64,000 nt of DNA from Bacteroidota bacterium (GTDB taxonomy: Bacteria; Bacteroidota; Ignavibacteria; Palsa-1295), in NCBI GenBank assembly GCA_030706745.1, contig JAUZNX010000014.1:9527-73526 (forward strand). Reading direction: 5' to 3'. This document shows, in pieces, positions 39,420-51,100 of this stretch. The notes below the pieces were generated by a model, which was not told the origin of the DNA, did not search any database, and worked only from the letters and a program-made list of their open reading frames with translations. A program made the position numbers and the translations under genes. The first letter of the stretch is position 1, and each line of letters opens with the position of its first letter.

Positions 39420-40391
39420 TCACTGCTTGACAGCCGCCAGTTCCACTGTCGCCTTCTTCACCATCTCGTAAAGATAGATCTTCCCGCCATCACTGTAAAC
39501 CAGCATCGTTTCCTTCGGAGCGATGGCGAGTGGTCGCGCGGCGGCGGGCAGCGAGAGGTCCGTGTTCGTCGCTATATCATGCACGCGCCACTTGTCGCCG
39601 TCATCGAAGATTTGGTACTTGCCATTCGGTGAGTAATCGGTCCATGCGCTGGCACTCATCACTAAGTTTCCGGCGGGATCGAGTAAGGCGCCCATGAAGC
39701 TCCCGGTATTGCCCGGATCGCCAAGTCGCGTGCGTTCTGTCGATTCGATATCGTACAGCATCAGTGCGGCTCCGGGGTTGGGACGCGCAATCAAAATCTT
39801 CTTTTGATCGCGAGTCCAGGAGAGGACGCGCCAATTGCGATCATTAGGAAGGATCAGATCACTCGTGTATTGCTGGGTATCGTAGCGGTAGCAATCGACT
39901 TTGTCCTTGTGGACTTTGTTCGCCGTGTAATAGACGTAGCGGCCGTTATACGATAGACCTATGATCTCCGCGTTGGCGTCGCCGGACAAATCCTGCGGTT
40001 GATCGGAGCCATCATCTTTTTGTTTGTAGATGTGATAATCCTTGCCATTCTCACCAAGCCGCATAAATATGATTTCGGGCCGATTGGTCAGATGCACAAA
40101 GCGAACGATTGGACGATCGGTGAACTTGGTAACCTGCGTTGGCGTCATCCCCGGAGTCGCCGTGATACGGCTGTATTTATCGGCGATGACGAGGCTAAAA
40201 ACATTTCCACCTGAGAGATAGAAGACCCGTTTCTCGTCGTTCGAGAAGGTGGCGTCCCCCACGTTGCCAATACCATTTCTCGTGCTGGAATCAATGGCTG
40301 GCAGCGCATGCCAGAACTGCGCGTGCGCCGAGGAATCCGTGATTATAGAATAAAGCGCGAAGAGAGCGAAAATAATGATCGTGCGTTTCAT
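39420..40391 (-). CDS. Exported TolB-like beta-propeller protein
   Basis: Signal peptide AHAQ; FSNDEK, LSYNGRY, WTRDQKK, YSPNGKY repeats. Confidence 0.7.
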   Translation of the reverse strand: MKRTIIIFALFALYSIITDSSAHAQFWHALPAIDSSTRNGIGNVGDATFSNDEKRVFYLSGGNVFSLVIADKYSRITATPGMTPTQVTKFTDRPIVRFVHLTNRPEIIFMRLGENGKDYHIYKQKDDGSDQPQDLSGDANAEIIGLSYNGRYVYYTANKVHKDKVDCYRYDTQQYTSDLILPNDRNWRVLSWTRDQKKILIARPNPGAALMLYDIESTERTRLGDPGNTGSFMGALLDPAGNLVMSASAWTDYSPNGKYQIFDDGDKWRVHDIATNTDLSLPAAARPLAIAPKETMLVYSDGGKIYLYEMVKKATVELAAVKQ

Positions 40392-40429
40392 AGATCATCA
40401 TTCATCATTCTTCATTCATCATTAGTTCT

Positions 40430-40909
40430 CTAATGCCCGAGAGAGCAGGCTTCTAAAGCACTTTGATCTTCAAATTCAAGGAGGCGGACGGTCCCCTTGC
40501 CGTATCCCAGCATATAATGGATTTCCTCATTATCCCAGATCCAGTAGACGCCTTGCTCGTCTCTGGCTCTGGCAGGTGGAGCGCCCAGAGACTTGCCAAG
40601 ATCCTTTGCGATACTATCGACCCGAAACTTTTCGACCGGCATGTAGGTAAGCCAATCGACTTTGGTCAGGCGTTGGCTGGTGTCAATATGATAAACCATA
40701 TGGCCGTCCAAATCCCAGAAGCGGACGCCGAGACACGATGAATCGCCGTGATCGGCAGGGAGTGGCTTAGCATCCCAGTGTTCCAGGCAGGAATCAACAC
40801 TCGTTGCAGGTGCTCCAATCGCCAAAGGTTGGGCGCGAAGTTGCGCTGCGCCTGCCAGAATGATAGCGGCGATGAAGAAAGAGAAACGACAATTGGCGAG
40901 CACTTTCAC
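40430..40909 (-). CDS. Exported hypothetical protein
   Basis: Signal peptide (..LRAQ); 4-nt overlap with the upstream gene. Confidence 0.65.
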   Translation of the reverse strand: MKVLANCRFSFFIAAIILAGAAQLRAQPLAIGAPATSVDSCLEHWDAKPLPADHGDSSCLGVRFWDLDGHMVYHIDTSQRLTKVDWLTYMPVEKFRVDSIAKDLGKSLGAPPARARDEQGVYWIWDNEEIHYMLGYGKGTVRLLEFEDQSALEACSLGH

Positions 40910-42840
40910 TTAATGTGAACAAATGGAAAGACGTGTATCTCACCGGACGAAATGCGCAAGAAATAGGTTCCGGCAGGGAGCCCTTCCAGTCCTATTTGAG
41001 CAATCCCGCCGTCCGATAGAAGCGCGACTCCTCGCCGGACCGCAACTCCCTTTGCGTCAAGAATTTCATACGGCGCAGCACCCGAAATAGGACTCGTTAA
41101 TGTCAGAATCTCTCCGGCGGGCTCTGGTGCAATTGAAAAGCTTGCGAAGGTAGCTGCGGGCTGCACACCACTGGGACTGGGGATGACGGAAAAGAAGAGC
41201 AAGCTTGTATCCGCAATTGCGGGGTCCAACTCATCCATTACACGAACCATCATCCTGTCCGATTTGACATTCGGCACAGGCCACGTATACTGTCCATCCG
41301 TGGCGGGCACCGCGGATGCAATCGGCATCCACGATGACCCGCCATCCGGTGAGTATTCGAGAGCCACCGTTGCGACATGCGCAAAACTCCAATTGATCGA
41401 GACCAGCGAATCTGCTCGATACGATTCGCTCCCTCGTGGTGATATTAGAATCAGCGTCGTATCCTTTGGCGGCTGGATGCACTGCGCCAATCCTGCAAAT
41501 TTTCGAAGCGAATCATCGCCGCGCGCACTGAAGGTCATCTGAACGCGATATTGGCTAAAATCACCGGAAATGGCATAGTTGGCATTCTGGCAATAGCTCA
41601 TGATCGTACCTGGAGACCGGCGTGGTGTAACTGGCAGGCCCCAACATGCATCGCCGAGTCTCAGGCCAAGCTTCGATGTATCATCGTTGGTGAAGCAAGT
41701 GTCGAGCGGCGGATTCCACCAACAGCTATGCGAGTGTTGCAGGCTGAAGTTATGCCCGATTTCATGCGCGACAATGTAGGCGTCATACGTAAATGCAAAT
41801 GTCGGGTACTGATGCTTTGTTTGCGGGGAGCTTACACTATAGGACGAAGCCGGATCGCAGAGCGAGTACCATCCATAGCCACCGCCTCCATTACCAATGG
41901 ACGTCATGACGTGCGCGAGATCGCGCGGGACGTTTGCGTAATGGGTCTGCCAGTAGCTTGGCACGAGCGGTTCCAGAGCATAGGCATTCCCGGCCACCTT
42001 GTACGGATCGCCACTCGTCCAAACTTTCACCCATGTTAAATGCCAGGTAATGTTTGCCTCGTCTTCGTAGATGCTGCTTGCCATCCCAAAGAGCGAAGAT
42101 ATATAACCGAGAACCGCGGGCATGGCGTTGCCAGCCGCCGCGAAGAAACACGAATCGGCTTCGACCGCAATGTCCGTCTGCAGCAGCGTGGAACTTGAAG
42201 TCATGGTCTTCTGCGCACGGTCATCGCCCGGAGATAGTTCGCCGTTTGGAGCGTGTTTTGCGGGCTGCGCAATGTCATCAGCGATGCAATTGAGGCGGGC
42301 AAATCCGCTCAGAGCAAGTAAATCGGTTTCGCGTGTCAGGATGTGCAGACCGCCATCTGCTTGTGTCTTCGCGGGTCCGAGTACTAGCACCTCACCCGAT
42401 TCACGCGTGATTGAACAGAGCATCTTCCCCGAGAAGATCGTCAGAAACACCCGCGAGTTCGGCTCACCAAGGACCTTCCCGCGGTACGCGACAAACAGCG
42501 GAGCCGAAATGCGAACATCGCCCTTAGCCGTCCCTTCTACAAACTGGGTAGTGGCATCGATTGGCGAGTGCGCCGGCTTGAGATCGAGTGTAATGGCACC
42601 GGTCAGGCATGGAAAATTAGCAATCTGAATTTGCTCGTGCGAAGTGAGCAACACGGCAAGCTCCGTGCTGTCCACGAAGAAGTATTTGGACGAAACAGAA
42701 GCGGACTTATCTGCCGCCGGGCGGGCCATCATTAGTTTCGAGGCATCAATCGTATGCCCTGTTGCAGAGTCGAGACCACCAAATGTAAATACAAGGACCA
42801 GCGCGACAATCGGTAGAAGTGAATGCTTCGCTTTCAGCAT
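40906..42840 (-). CDS. M12/reprolysin-like zinc metalloprotease with T9SS-type C-terminal domain
   Basis: AHEIGHNFSLQH metzincin motif, Met-turn GTIMSYC; C-terminal PEPA..LDAKG..LPAGTYF. Confidence 0.87.
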   Translation of the reverse strand: MLKAKHSLLPIVALVLVFTFGGLDSATGHTIDASKLMMARPAADKSASVSSKYFFVDSTELAVLLTSHEQIQIANFPCLTGAITLDLKPAHSPIDATTQFVEGTAKGDVRISAPLFVAYRGKVLGEPNSRVFLTIFSGKMLCSITRESGEVLVLGPAKTQADGGLHILTRETDLLALSGFARLNCIADDIAQPAKHAPNGELSPGDDRAQKTMTSSSTLLQTDIAVEADSCFFAAAGNAMPAVLGYISSLFGMASSIYEDEANITWHLTWVKVWTSGDPYKVAGNAYALEPLVPSYWQTHYANVPRDLAHVMTSIGNGGGGYGWYSLCDPASSYSVSSPQTKHQYPTFAFTYDAYIVAHEIGHNFSLQHSHSCWWNPPLDTCFTNDDTSKLGLRLGDACWGLPVTPRRSPGTIMSYCQNANYAISGDFSQYRVQMTFSARGDDSLRKFAGLAQCIQPPKDTTLILISPRGSESYRADSLVSINWSFAHVATVALEYSPDGGSSWMPIASAVPATDGQYTWPVPNVKSDRMMVRVMDELDPAIADTSLLFFSVIPSPSGVQPAATFASFSIAPEPAGEILTLTSPISGAAPYEILDAKGVAVRRGVALLSDGGIAQIGLEGLPAGTYFLRISSGEIHVFPFVHIK

Positions 42841-42962
42841 GTAGAGTAAATGATGCAGGATGGAAGAACACAGTGGATTATCGGCCATTTACAGTTGCCA
42901 ATGAACACTCGCAAGGTTACCTTCCGTTTGCCTTCGCGCATTTCAGCCGTCCAAGTAATTTA

Positions 42963-43754
42963 TTAGCCCTCGGCTTCGAGGGACTCCGCGATCCGTCGGA
43001 ACGGCTCGCACAACTCATGCATATAGCCCCAAAACTCTTCCATCGAGTGTACTGCGGTCCGCGAGACTTCCGTGCCGGATCGTCGGATGAGCTCATGTTC
43101 TTTCAACTCGATCGTCTCTTCGGGCTTACCTACAATACAAAAGTATTTGGAGTTGAAGCTCGGAATACCTTCGATATAGGCGCAGATCTCGTTGAACTCA
43201 TGCAATTGGCGCGGCGTAGGATCGAACCGAAATTCCGGCACCCACTCCCCTTTCCGTTCGGCTTCTACGAAGTATTCTTCGCCATCTCTCCGCACTCGGT
43301 ATGTCCCTTTCGGATGTACGTAGGGAGTACCATCGAGGCTCATCACCCGCGGAAATGACTTTGCGAAACCAACCTCGGCGAGATATGGCTGATCCAGATG
43401 GACGACGGTCGTCAAATGTTCATCCGGAGTGCCGTAGCTTCCGTCGCCACGACGCACGCGCCCTGAGAGTGTATCGACTTTATAGCCGAGCGCGCGCAGC
43501 AACATCGCGAACAAGCCATTCAGCTCATAGCAGAATCCTCCACGATTATGGATGACGATCTTGGAATACAAATCGTCTTCATTGAGGCTGAGCGGCTTCC
43601 GCCGCATGATATCGATGTTCTCAAAGGGCACAGACCAGAGATGAGCGTCCAGCAACCGTTGGAGCAACGCGAGATCGGGCAGTTCCCGACCGGGAACGAC
43701 GTCATAAATTCCGATCCGCGCCAGATATTGGGTGGCATCGAATAATTGCGCCAT
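42963..43754 (-). CDS. Arylamine N-acetyltransferase
   Basis: YLARIG, VPFENIDI, RGGFCYELNGLF, EH, YLAEVGF. Confidence 0.9.
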   Translation of the reverse strand: MAQLFDATQYLARIGIYDVVPGRELPDLALLQRLLDAHLWSVPFENIDIMRRKPLSLNEDDLYSKIVIHNRGGFCYELNGLFAMLLRALGYKVDTLSGRVRRGDGSYGTPDEHLTTVVHLDQPYLAEVGFAKSFPRVMSLDGTPYVHPKGTYRVRRDGEEYFVEAERKGEWVPEFRFDPTPRQLHEFNEICAYIEGIPSFNSKYFCIVGKPEETIELKEHELIRRSGTEVSRTAVHSMEEFWGYMHELCEPFRRIAESLEAEG

Positions 43755-43851
43755 GCGAAGGCTAACATTCGCCATTTAGGAGGCGTGCCGATTATAGCCC
43801 ATCTCTGCTGGTGGAACCCGACGTGCCGTGCTCGGATTCTACGGCTTGCCC

Positions 43852-45384
43852 ATGAAGAAGGTCTATATCGAAACATACGGTTGCCAGATGAATGTCGCCG
43901 ACACGGAGGTTGTACTCTCCGTGCTGAACAAGGCTGGCTATCAACCAACGACTGAGCTGGAAGGCGCTGATCTCGCCCTAATGAACACCTGTGCCATCCG
44001 CGAAAATGCGGAGGAAAAAGTCTGGAATCGGCTCACGCACTGGAAGAATCTTAGAAAAAGGAATCCAGAAGTAGTCGTTGGCGTGCTCGGATGCATGGCG
44101 GAGCATCTGCGAAAGGATTTGCTCAAGAACTCTGGTGCGATTGTCGATCTTGTTGTTGGACCAGATGAATACCGCAAATTGCCCTCCCTGCTGGAGTCTA
44201 TTCGTCCCGAAGACGCGACCCAAATGGCGGTCAGACTTTCCCGGACCGAGACATATGACGATATCCTTCCTTTCCGAAGCGAAGGCATCAGCGCGTTCAT
44301 TTCGGTCATGCGTGGTTGCGACAAGTTTTGTACATACTGCGTCGTGCCCTATACTCGCGGCCGCGAACGTTCACGCAGCATGCAATCCATAGTCGATGAG
44401 TGCAAGGAATTGGAGCAACAGGGATTCCGAGAGATCACGCTACTGGGACAGAATGTAAATTCATACAGGGATCAAATCCCCCTCCAACCTTCCCCCAACC
44501 CCCGCCTTGAAAAGGTAGCGGAGCTTGATTTCTCTGATTTGCTCGCAGCTTGTGCCAGCGCCGTGCCGAGTGTTCGCATCCGTTACACCACCAGCCATCC
44601 GCAGGACTTTGACCAGAAGTTGGTCGATACTATGGCCGAGCACGACAACATCTGCAAGTACATTCACTTGCCGCTGCAATCGGGCTCGGATCGCATCCTC
44701 AAGCTGATGAACCGGACTTATACCCGCGAGCACTATCTGTCGATTATCGAGATGATTCGCCGCGCAATGCCGAATGTCGCGCTTTCAACCGATCTCATCG
44801 TTGGGTTCTGCACCGAGACGCTCGAGGACCATGAGATGACCATGCAAGTCATGCGGGATGTCGAATATGATGGCGCGTACACGTTCAATTATTCCGAGCG
44901 TCCAAATACTCGCGCGGCAAGCACGCTTCCGGATGATATTCCACTTGAGGAGAAGACACGGCGCTTGCAAGAGATAATCGCGCTCCAAAACGAACACGCG
45001 ACGCGGCGCAATCTTTTGGATGTTGGCTGCGAACACACCGTCCTTGTCGAGGGCCGCTCGAAGAAGAACGCCGGTGAATGGAAGGGCCGTACTGATACGA
45101 ACAAGACTGTCATCTTCCCACGCGCGGATGCTGAGGTCGGCGAGTACCGTCAAGTGAGCATCACCCGCTCGAATAGCGCAACCTTGTTTGGTGAGCTTTC
45201 TGGCCGTGAGCTTCAAGCTGCGGTGTCGCTGGACGATGCGACACACCGTGGGCTCAAGCCCACGGCTCCAAATCGCGGCGATGTCCTCTATGATCTGACC
45301 CCGCTCGTCATCTCGACTATCGAACGCGGGGAGCATTCGGGAATCCAGCAACCGATGGCCCTGCAATTGCCTGTGATGCCCTAA
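43852..45384 (+). CDS. miaB: tRNA-2-methylthio-N6-isopentenyladenosine synthase
   Basis: ETYGCQMN, NTCAIRENAE, GCMAE, radical SAM GCDKFCTYCVVPYTRG, TSHP, TRAM domain. Confidence 0.96.
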   Translation: MKKVYIETYGCQMNVADTEVVLSVLNKAGYQPTTELEGADLALMNTCAIRENAEEKVWNRLTHWKNLRKRNPEVVVGVLGCMAEHLRKDLLKNSGAIVDLVVGPDEYRKLPSLLESIRPEDATQMAVRLSRTETYDDILPFRSEGISAFISVMRGCDKFCTYCVVPYTRGRERSRSMQSIVDECKELEQQGFREITLLGQNVNSYRDQIPLQPSPNPRLEKVAELDFSDLLAACASAVPSVRIRYTTSHPQDFDQKLVDTMAEHDNICKYIHLPLQSGSDRILKLMNRTYTREHYLSIIEMIRRAMPNVALSTDLIVGFCTETLEDHEMTMQVMRDVEYDGAYTFNYSERPNTRAASTLPDDIPLEEKTRRLQEIIALQNEHATRRNLLDVGCEHTVLVEGRSKKNAGEWKGRTDTNKTVIFPRADAEVGEYRQVSITRSNSATLFGELSGRELQAAVSLDDATHRGLKPTAPNRGDVLYDLTPLVISTIERGEHSGIQQPMALQLPVMP

Positions 45385-45408
45385 GTTGCGGCCATGAATC
45401 GAACCCGA

Positions 45409-48003
45409 TTATCGATGAATTACCAGCATCCGACTGATCCGTAGTCTGCCGGTGTGCAATTCCACAAAGTAGACTCCTTGAGCGAGACTCGAAACGTCGA
45501 TCAATTTCTCGTTAGCCTGGAAATCTATTCTTCTCCCGAGCGCATCCCATACAGAAATGGATGCATCGGCATCTAACACACCCTTCGTTTCAATTTCCAT
45601 TCGATCTGACGCCGGATTCGGTCGAATTGAAAGCAATGGCATCTGCCCATAGTGAAGGTACGTCGTCAGCATGGAGGAAACACAAAACACTGGACCGGAA
45701 ATGTGCGAAGCAATCGCACTTTCTGATAATATAAGACAAGCTGCCGGTGTGACCTGAACCGAGTCAAAATACACGGTGTCTTGCCCCTGGACATTTGGAT
45801 ACCAACGGAACAGCGCATACACTGTGTCGGGGTTGTCACCATTGCGAGCGGCAACATGAATATGCGCGGAATTCAACCCGGTGGCATAGCTACCACTCAC
45901 CCACGTGCCATCGGACCAGACGACGGAATCAAATTCCATTATAGACGTATCGAATCGGATTCGAAAATCGATGGTCTTCAGCGCGTGATTGTGTTGGATT
46001 ATGATCGGCACCCTAACTGCTCCACCAATAGTATCTCCCATCGTAACATCGAGCGTACTCAGACTCACGATTGGTGCTGGCAATCCCTCACCTCGTAGTG
46101 GAATAGTGACCGAGGAGCCATCATCGTAGGTTACCAGCAATGATCCAATCGAAGCACCTGCCTGATTCGTCAGGAAGTGCAACGCAATCGAATCCAGGTC
46201 TTTGATCGTATCATAGACAAGCGTGTCGATCGTGTAATTTGCGGAGTTAGGACCGGAAATGGCAAGGGAGCGGATTTGTCGCAACGCACAAGCCCGGTCG
46301 ATAAAGAAATGCTGAAAGACCGGAGCATCGCAAGGGGAAAGAGTATCACGCGCAAACATCGTATCCGGCAATGGCAGGAGACGAGGCTGTAATGCTTTGC
46401 GTCCTATGCCAGCGAGCGGTATGCTGACGGTACTACCATCGTCATAGACCACTTGCAGCATGCCATGGGCCAATATCGAATCGTCGGAAGAGAATCGGAT
46501 GATAATCGAATCCGATCCTAACGATTCGACAAAGAACGATGTGTCAACTACGTAATTAGTCGAATTCGCTCCGGTGACGTGAATGGATTGGATCTGTCGC
46601 GAATCGCAAATACGGTCGATCCGCAACCCCTCGATCGCCGGGCCGCCACATGGGAAGACGCTATCGCGCTTGAAGATGGTATCCGAACTCGCGAAGAGGC
46701 GGGGCGCCCCGCGAGGAATGCAGAAGCCGCTTAGCGGCACGCTTAACGTCGTATCGCCGCTATAATGCAAGAGCAAACTGCCACTATCCTTCCCGGCGAC
46801 ACTTGGAATATATCGGATGTAGATCGAGTCGATCGCAGGCTCGCCACTGGTGTGGACCGCCGCAATTTGGTACGCGGAAGAATCACCTCCACCTCGTTGG
46901 ACAGACAGCAACGATACCGCTCCACAGGTCCTCGCAACTGCGATGGACCTCATGACTGTATCCCGGCAGAGTGAAACAGTATCGTCAGCGAATAGAGTAT
47001 CCGTATTGAGGAGAACGGGCACCGAGACGATTCTTGTCACCGGAAATTCGCCGTCGTTCGAAGTGCGCCACATGTTGCCAAACGAATCGATCACCAGCAA
47101 TATGCTATCAGCCACGACGGAAAGCGATTGATTATCCGGCGGACCCGTCGGTCCACCGATTGTAGTCCAAGTGATGCCGTGATCGGTCGAGCGGATGATC
47201 CCATCTTGCGTCTGAGTGTAGACTGCTGCTTTGGATGTGGCAATATTGCCACAATAATAATCGATACCATGCGGATTTTGCGATGTCCATGTCCAGCCAT
47301 TATCCCGGGATACAAAGATGGAGGTTACGGTATCGATCAAACCGAACTGTTGAATCTTCTCGTTGACCGCATACACAGTCGAGGCATCACAGGAATCGAG
47401 CGATAGTTGGTTGCAGTCGAGTTGAAGTGTGCCCCGCGCTTGCCACGTTGATCCGGCACCATCCGACACAACAATGGAGGAATTGTTCATATAATACACT
47501 GTACCATTTCGTGCGACAATAGGATCGATCGCATCGGCAACTGGCTGTTGCCTCGCAATCGTCCCGTTTATGTTTATCTCGATTGCGCCGCCCGAGCTGT
47601 AATAAATCGTATCCGCCGTCATGCCATAAGCCACCCATCGCTTGACAATTGATGGAAGCAGTTGCCAGGACGCACAGCCGTCACTGGTGACATACGCGCT
47701 GTATGGCGTGCTACCGGCTATCACGACCCCGTGGAGACGATCGAAGAAGGCAATCGCCGCAATGGTCGTTGGCGTTCCGGGAAAATAAATCTTCGACCAC
47801 GTAAGTCCAAGATCGCTGGAGCGCCAGAGAGAATTGCCACCGGCCCAGACAATACCGTCACTGAAATTGATCGCACATCCCTCCCTCGCGTTCATGGAAA
47901 GAAACGCGGGACCGGTCACACGCTGCCATTGCGCTTGCGAGGTTGACCCCAGTGCGGATAGCGGGAGCAGTACGAATAAGAACTTGAACGAGAATCGAAG
48001 CAT
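45409..48003 (-). CDS. Secreted BNR/Asp-box propeller + 3 Ig-like repeats + cohesin-like + T9SS domain protein
   Basis: SxDxGxTW boxes; three repeats starting DT(L/I/M)F..D.....C; DTIGG.V.VPI; PNPAS..DALGR..GVYF. Confidence 0.78.
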   Translation of the reverse strand: MLRFSFKFLFVLLPLSALGSTSQAQWQRVTGPAFLSMNAREGCAINFSDGIVWAGGNSLWRSSDLGLTWSKIYFPGTPTTIAAIAFFDRLHGVVIAGSTPYSAYVTSDGCASWQLLPSIVKRWVAYGMTADTIYYSSGGAIEININGTIARQQPVADAIDPIVARNGTVYYMNNSSIVVSDGAGSTWQARGTLQLDCNQLSLDSCDASTVYAVNEKIQQFGLIDTVTSIFVSRDNGWTWTSQNPHGIDYYCGNIATSKAAVYTQTQDGIIRSTDHGITWTTIGGPTGPPDNQSLSVVADSILLVIDSFGNMWRTSNDGEFPVTRIVSVPVLLNTDTLFADDTVSLCRDTVMRSIAVARTCGAVSLLSVQRGGGDSSAYQIAAVHTSGEPAIDSIYIRYIPSVAGKDSGSLLLHYSGDTTLSVPLSGFCIPRGAPRLFASSDTIFKRDSVFPCGGPAIEGLRIDRICDSRQIQSIHVTGANSTNYVVDTSFFVESLGSDSIIIRFSSDDSILAHGMLQVVYDDGSTVSIPLAGIGRKALQPRLLPLPDTMFARDTLSPCDAPVFQHFFIDRACALRQIRSLAISGPNSANYTIDTLVYDTIKDLDSIALHFLTNQAGASIGSLLVTYDDGSSVTIPLRGEGLPAPIVSLSTLDVTMGDTIGGAVRVPIIIQHNHALKTIDFRIRFDTSIMEFDSVVWSDGTWVSGSYATGLNSAHIHVAARNGDNPDTVYALFRWYPNVQGQDTVYFDSVQVTPAACLILSESAIASHISGPVFCVSSMLTTYLHYGQMPLLSIRPNPASDRMEIETKGVLDADASISVWDALGRRIDFQANEKLIDVSSLAQGVYFVELHTGRLRISRMLVIHR

Positions 48004-48107
48004 AGATCGCCTCTCAGTATGAGAGACAAATATAGTCAATTTCAAGCGCTTAGCCTCTCAAATTGCCAAAATGCAAGTGGCGGGGAGTTACCTCCATCGC
48101 TTTGCGA

Positions 48108-51100
48108 TTATCGCTCGATGATGAGCGTGCGGCCAGTCTGCCAAGCACCATGCTGAGCCTGCACATAATATAGGCCTGCAGGGAATTGAGAAACATCTAT
48201 CGTCCGCGCACTTCCCGCCATTCGCAACACATCGCGTCCCAGTGCATCCGAAATTCGAATTGCATCAATTGGCGCATTACTCGCGAGTTCGATGAGATGC
48301 GAGGCAGGGTTTGGCCGGATGAACAAATCCGGCATCACGCCGCGGCGCAACTGGCTGACCAGAAACGGTGACCAGCACGATACCGCCCCGCTCAACCGGG
48401 CATCCGTTTGCTGATTCGATTCAACAATACAACCAGGAATTGTGGCCGTGGTGGTTATGGTGTCGAGCATGACCCTGGCGCCACCACTATCGGCGGGATA
48501 CCAGTCAAAAAGAGCATAAAGCACTGTCACCAAATCGGTCTCGTCGGATGTGAAGTCGACCGTAACGCGCAAGTCTGTTGCCGAGCGCAGCGTGAATGTT
48601 GGCGGAGGGCTTCCGGGTTTCGCCATCTGAAGACCCAGGAAGGCAAGCTGCGCGGTATCGAAATGAAGATCGAATGCCAAAGCCGCGAGAGGCGGGCCGT
48701 GATGAATGGTAATCGGAATATAGACCGTGCCGCCTATCGTATCGTCAGTAATATCGGATAGCGAAACCGAAGCTGGGGCCACCTCGCGGCCCTCCCCAGC
48801 GAGTGCAACCGTTACGCTCGCACCATCCGCATAGGTGAATACGAGACTTGCATTCGAAGGGCCGGCACTATCTGGAAGGAATATGAGCCGGACAGAATCC
48901 AGCCCGTGCAGCGAATCGCGGATGACGCCGGAAATACGATAGTTCGACGTATCTTTTCCAATGATCTTGACAGATGCAAGCTGCTGCTTATTACAGCTAA
49001 CATGCACCCAACAGCTATCCGGGACCGGCTCCTCACACGGATACATCTTCGCAGTGGAGAACAATGTGCTGCGTGAGCTCGCCAATACAGGCGGGGAAAG
49101 CTGAATGGCGGACCCACCGAGGGGTACTTGCACGCTCGCGCCATCGTCATAGCGGACCGTAAGCAGCGCATGGGATGGGCCGATTGTCGAATCCCAGAAG
49201 GATAAGCGGATTGTGTCGTAAAGCCGGATGCTGTCGCGACCAAAGCAACAGATTTTGTAATTAGCAGAGTCGACACCTTCGATCATACGGGACTTTACCG
49301 CTCGGCCTCGGCAGCCCTCATCGATTACAACAAAAGTATCGAGCGGCGCGTCGCAATAACTCACGCGCGCGGTTGAAAACAACGTGACGGGATTGAGCGC
49401 ATGTGGCAATGGGCCAGGTATGCCCAAGCCCGCCAATGGGATCGCTATGGTCGAATCATCATATTCGACGACGAGCTTACCGGCGGAACCGCCTGGCTGG
49501 GCGACAGTAAATCCAACAACGATCGTGTCGAGCTCCGCGCTAAAATTATGGTTGATACTTAAGATGTGATAATTCGCGGAATCCCTACCCGCGACTTGGA
49601 TCGATCTCATTATTCGGTCGCATACCGCCAATATGATGATCGTATCTGAAACTGGTTTATCGCAGGGGGTGAGCGTTGTGCCAGAAAAAAGGCTGTCCCG
49701 AGGCGCCAGCAATTCGATCGGCGGTGACTGGATGGTACGGCCTGCCAAAGCAAGCGTAATATTCGTACCATCGCCATAGAGAATTTCAAGGCTAGCAGCA
49801 TTCAAGCGAACAGCCCCCTGCCTAAAACGGAGCGTGATGGAGTCGAGAAACCTCTCGGTATCCCGCACCATGCTGAGGATTTGATAGTCTTTGGAATCGA
49901 GCCCCAGAATGCGGACCGATCGCAGGCTATCCTGCGGGCAAAAATATGCGATGACAATGGTACTGTCAAGCGGAACGGAACACGAATCGAGTCTTGCCCC
50001 TTGAAAGAGTGGATGACCATCTCCAAGGAGTGCGGGAGACGGCGCTGTTAGGACCTGCGACCGAAGCGGGACGATAATATGTGTACTATCATCATACGTG
50101 AGCAGAACGGTATCGACATAATAGCCGGGTCCGGTCGGCGAAAACTGGACTGCAAAAGTATCGAGCGCCGATGTCGAATCATAGACCAGGCTCTTGATTG
50201 AATAGAGAGCCGCATTTAAGCCCGCAATCCTCCAGCCGACAATATGAGGACCCATACATGTATGGCCGATGACGAATCCGCGCGTAAACGGCCCTTCACA
50301 TTCCGGTAGTGCTTGATTGGCAAACAGTGGGGTTGGAGTCAGTAAAGTGGGAGCGCCATAGTAGGGAGTTCCAATACCATCTGTTTTGCGCCACATCTTG
50401 CCGTCTTCATCCGCAACGAGCAAAACGGTATCGCCGGCAATAGCGATAAGTCGCTGGTCCGGCTGACCCGCCGGGCCGCCGATATTTTGCCAGGTCTGAC
50501 CTTTGTTGATCGAGCGAATGATACCTGCGTTAGTCTGGGTATAGATCGCCGTTCTGGATGATGCCGCGTTGCCACAATAGTATCCGGTATGGGTGGCAGC
50601 ATTGACGCGATGGGAATTCACCGCCTGCCAGGTAGCACCAAGATCGTGTGTAACGTACATTGCCGCGATGCTATCGGTTGGCCAGTAAAGAGCCTCATTG
50701 ACCAGATAGATCGTACCAGCATCACACGAATCAAAGGCCCAGGAATGACAATCGTAATCTGCGACCCCGGTTTGAGGTCCCCATGTCAGACCGGCATCAG
50801 ATGAAAGAAAGATGCGACTGTTATCTTTGTAGTAAAAAATGCCATCGCGAGAAGAAATCGGCTCGCGTTCCGAACTTGCAGATGAAAAGGACCAGGTTTT
50901 GCCTTGATCCGTGGTTCGTTGCACGCCCTGGTAAGTGGTAACGACAATTGTGTCGGCTGTCACGCCGAAGGCGGCGTCATCCACATTAGTCGAGCGCAAA
51001 ATATTCGTCCACCTGGTACCTTGATCGGTCGTCAGATAGAGTCCGCCCAGATCGACCATACATACAACACCGACCGAATCATCGAAGAATGAAATGTTAT

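Noticed and set aside
44470..44520. Pro-rich insert (IPLQPSPNPRL) in MiaB as a repeat-element remnant
   Set aside because: It lies in a loop that is normally variable, and no second copy or palindromic arm was seen.
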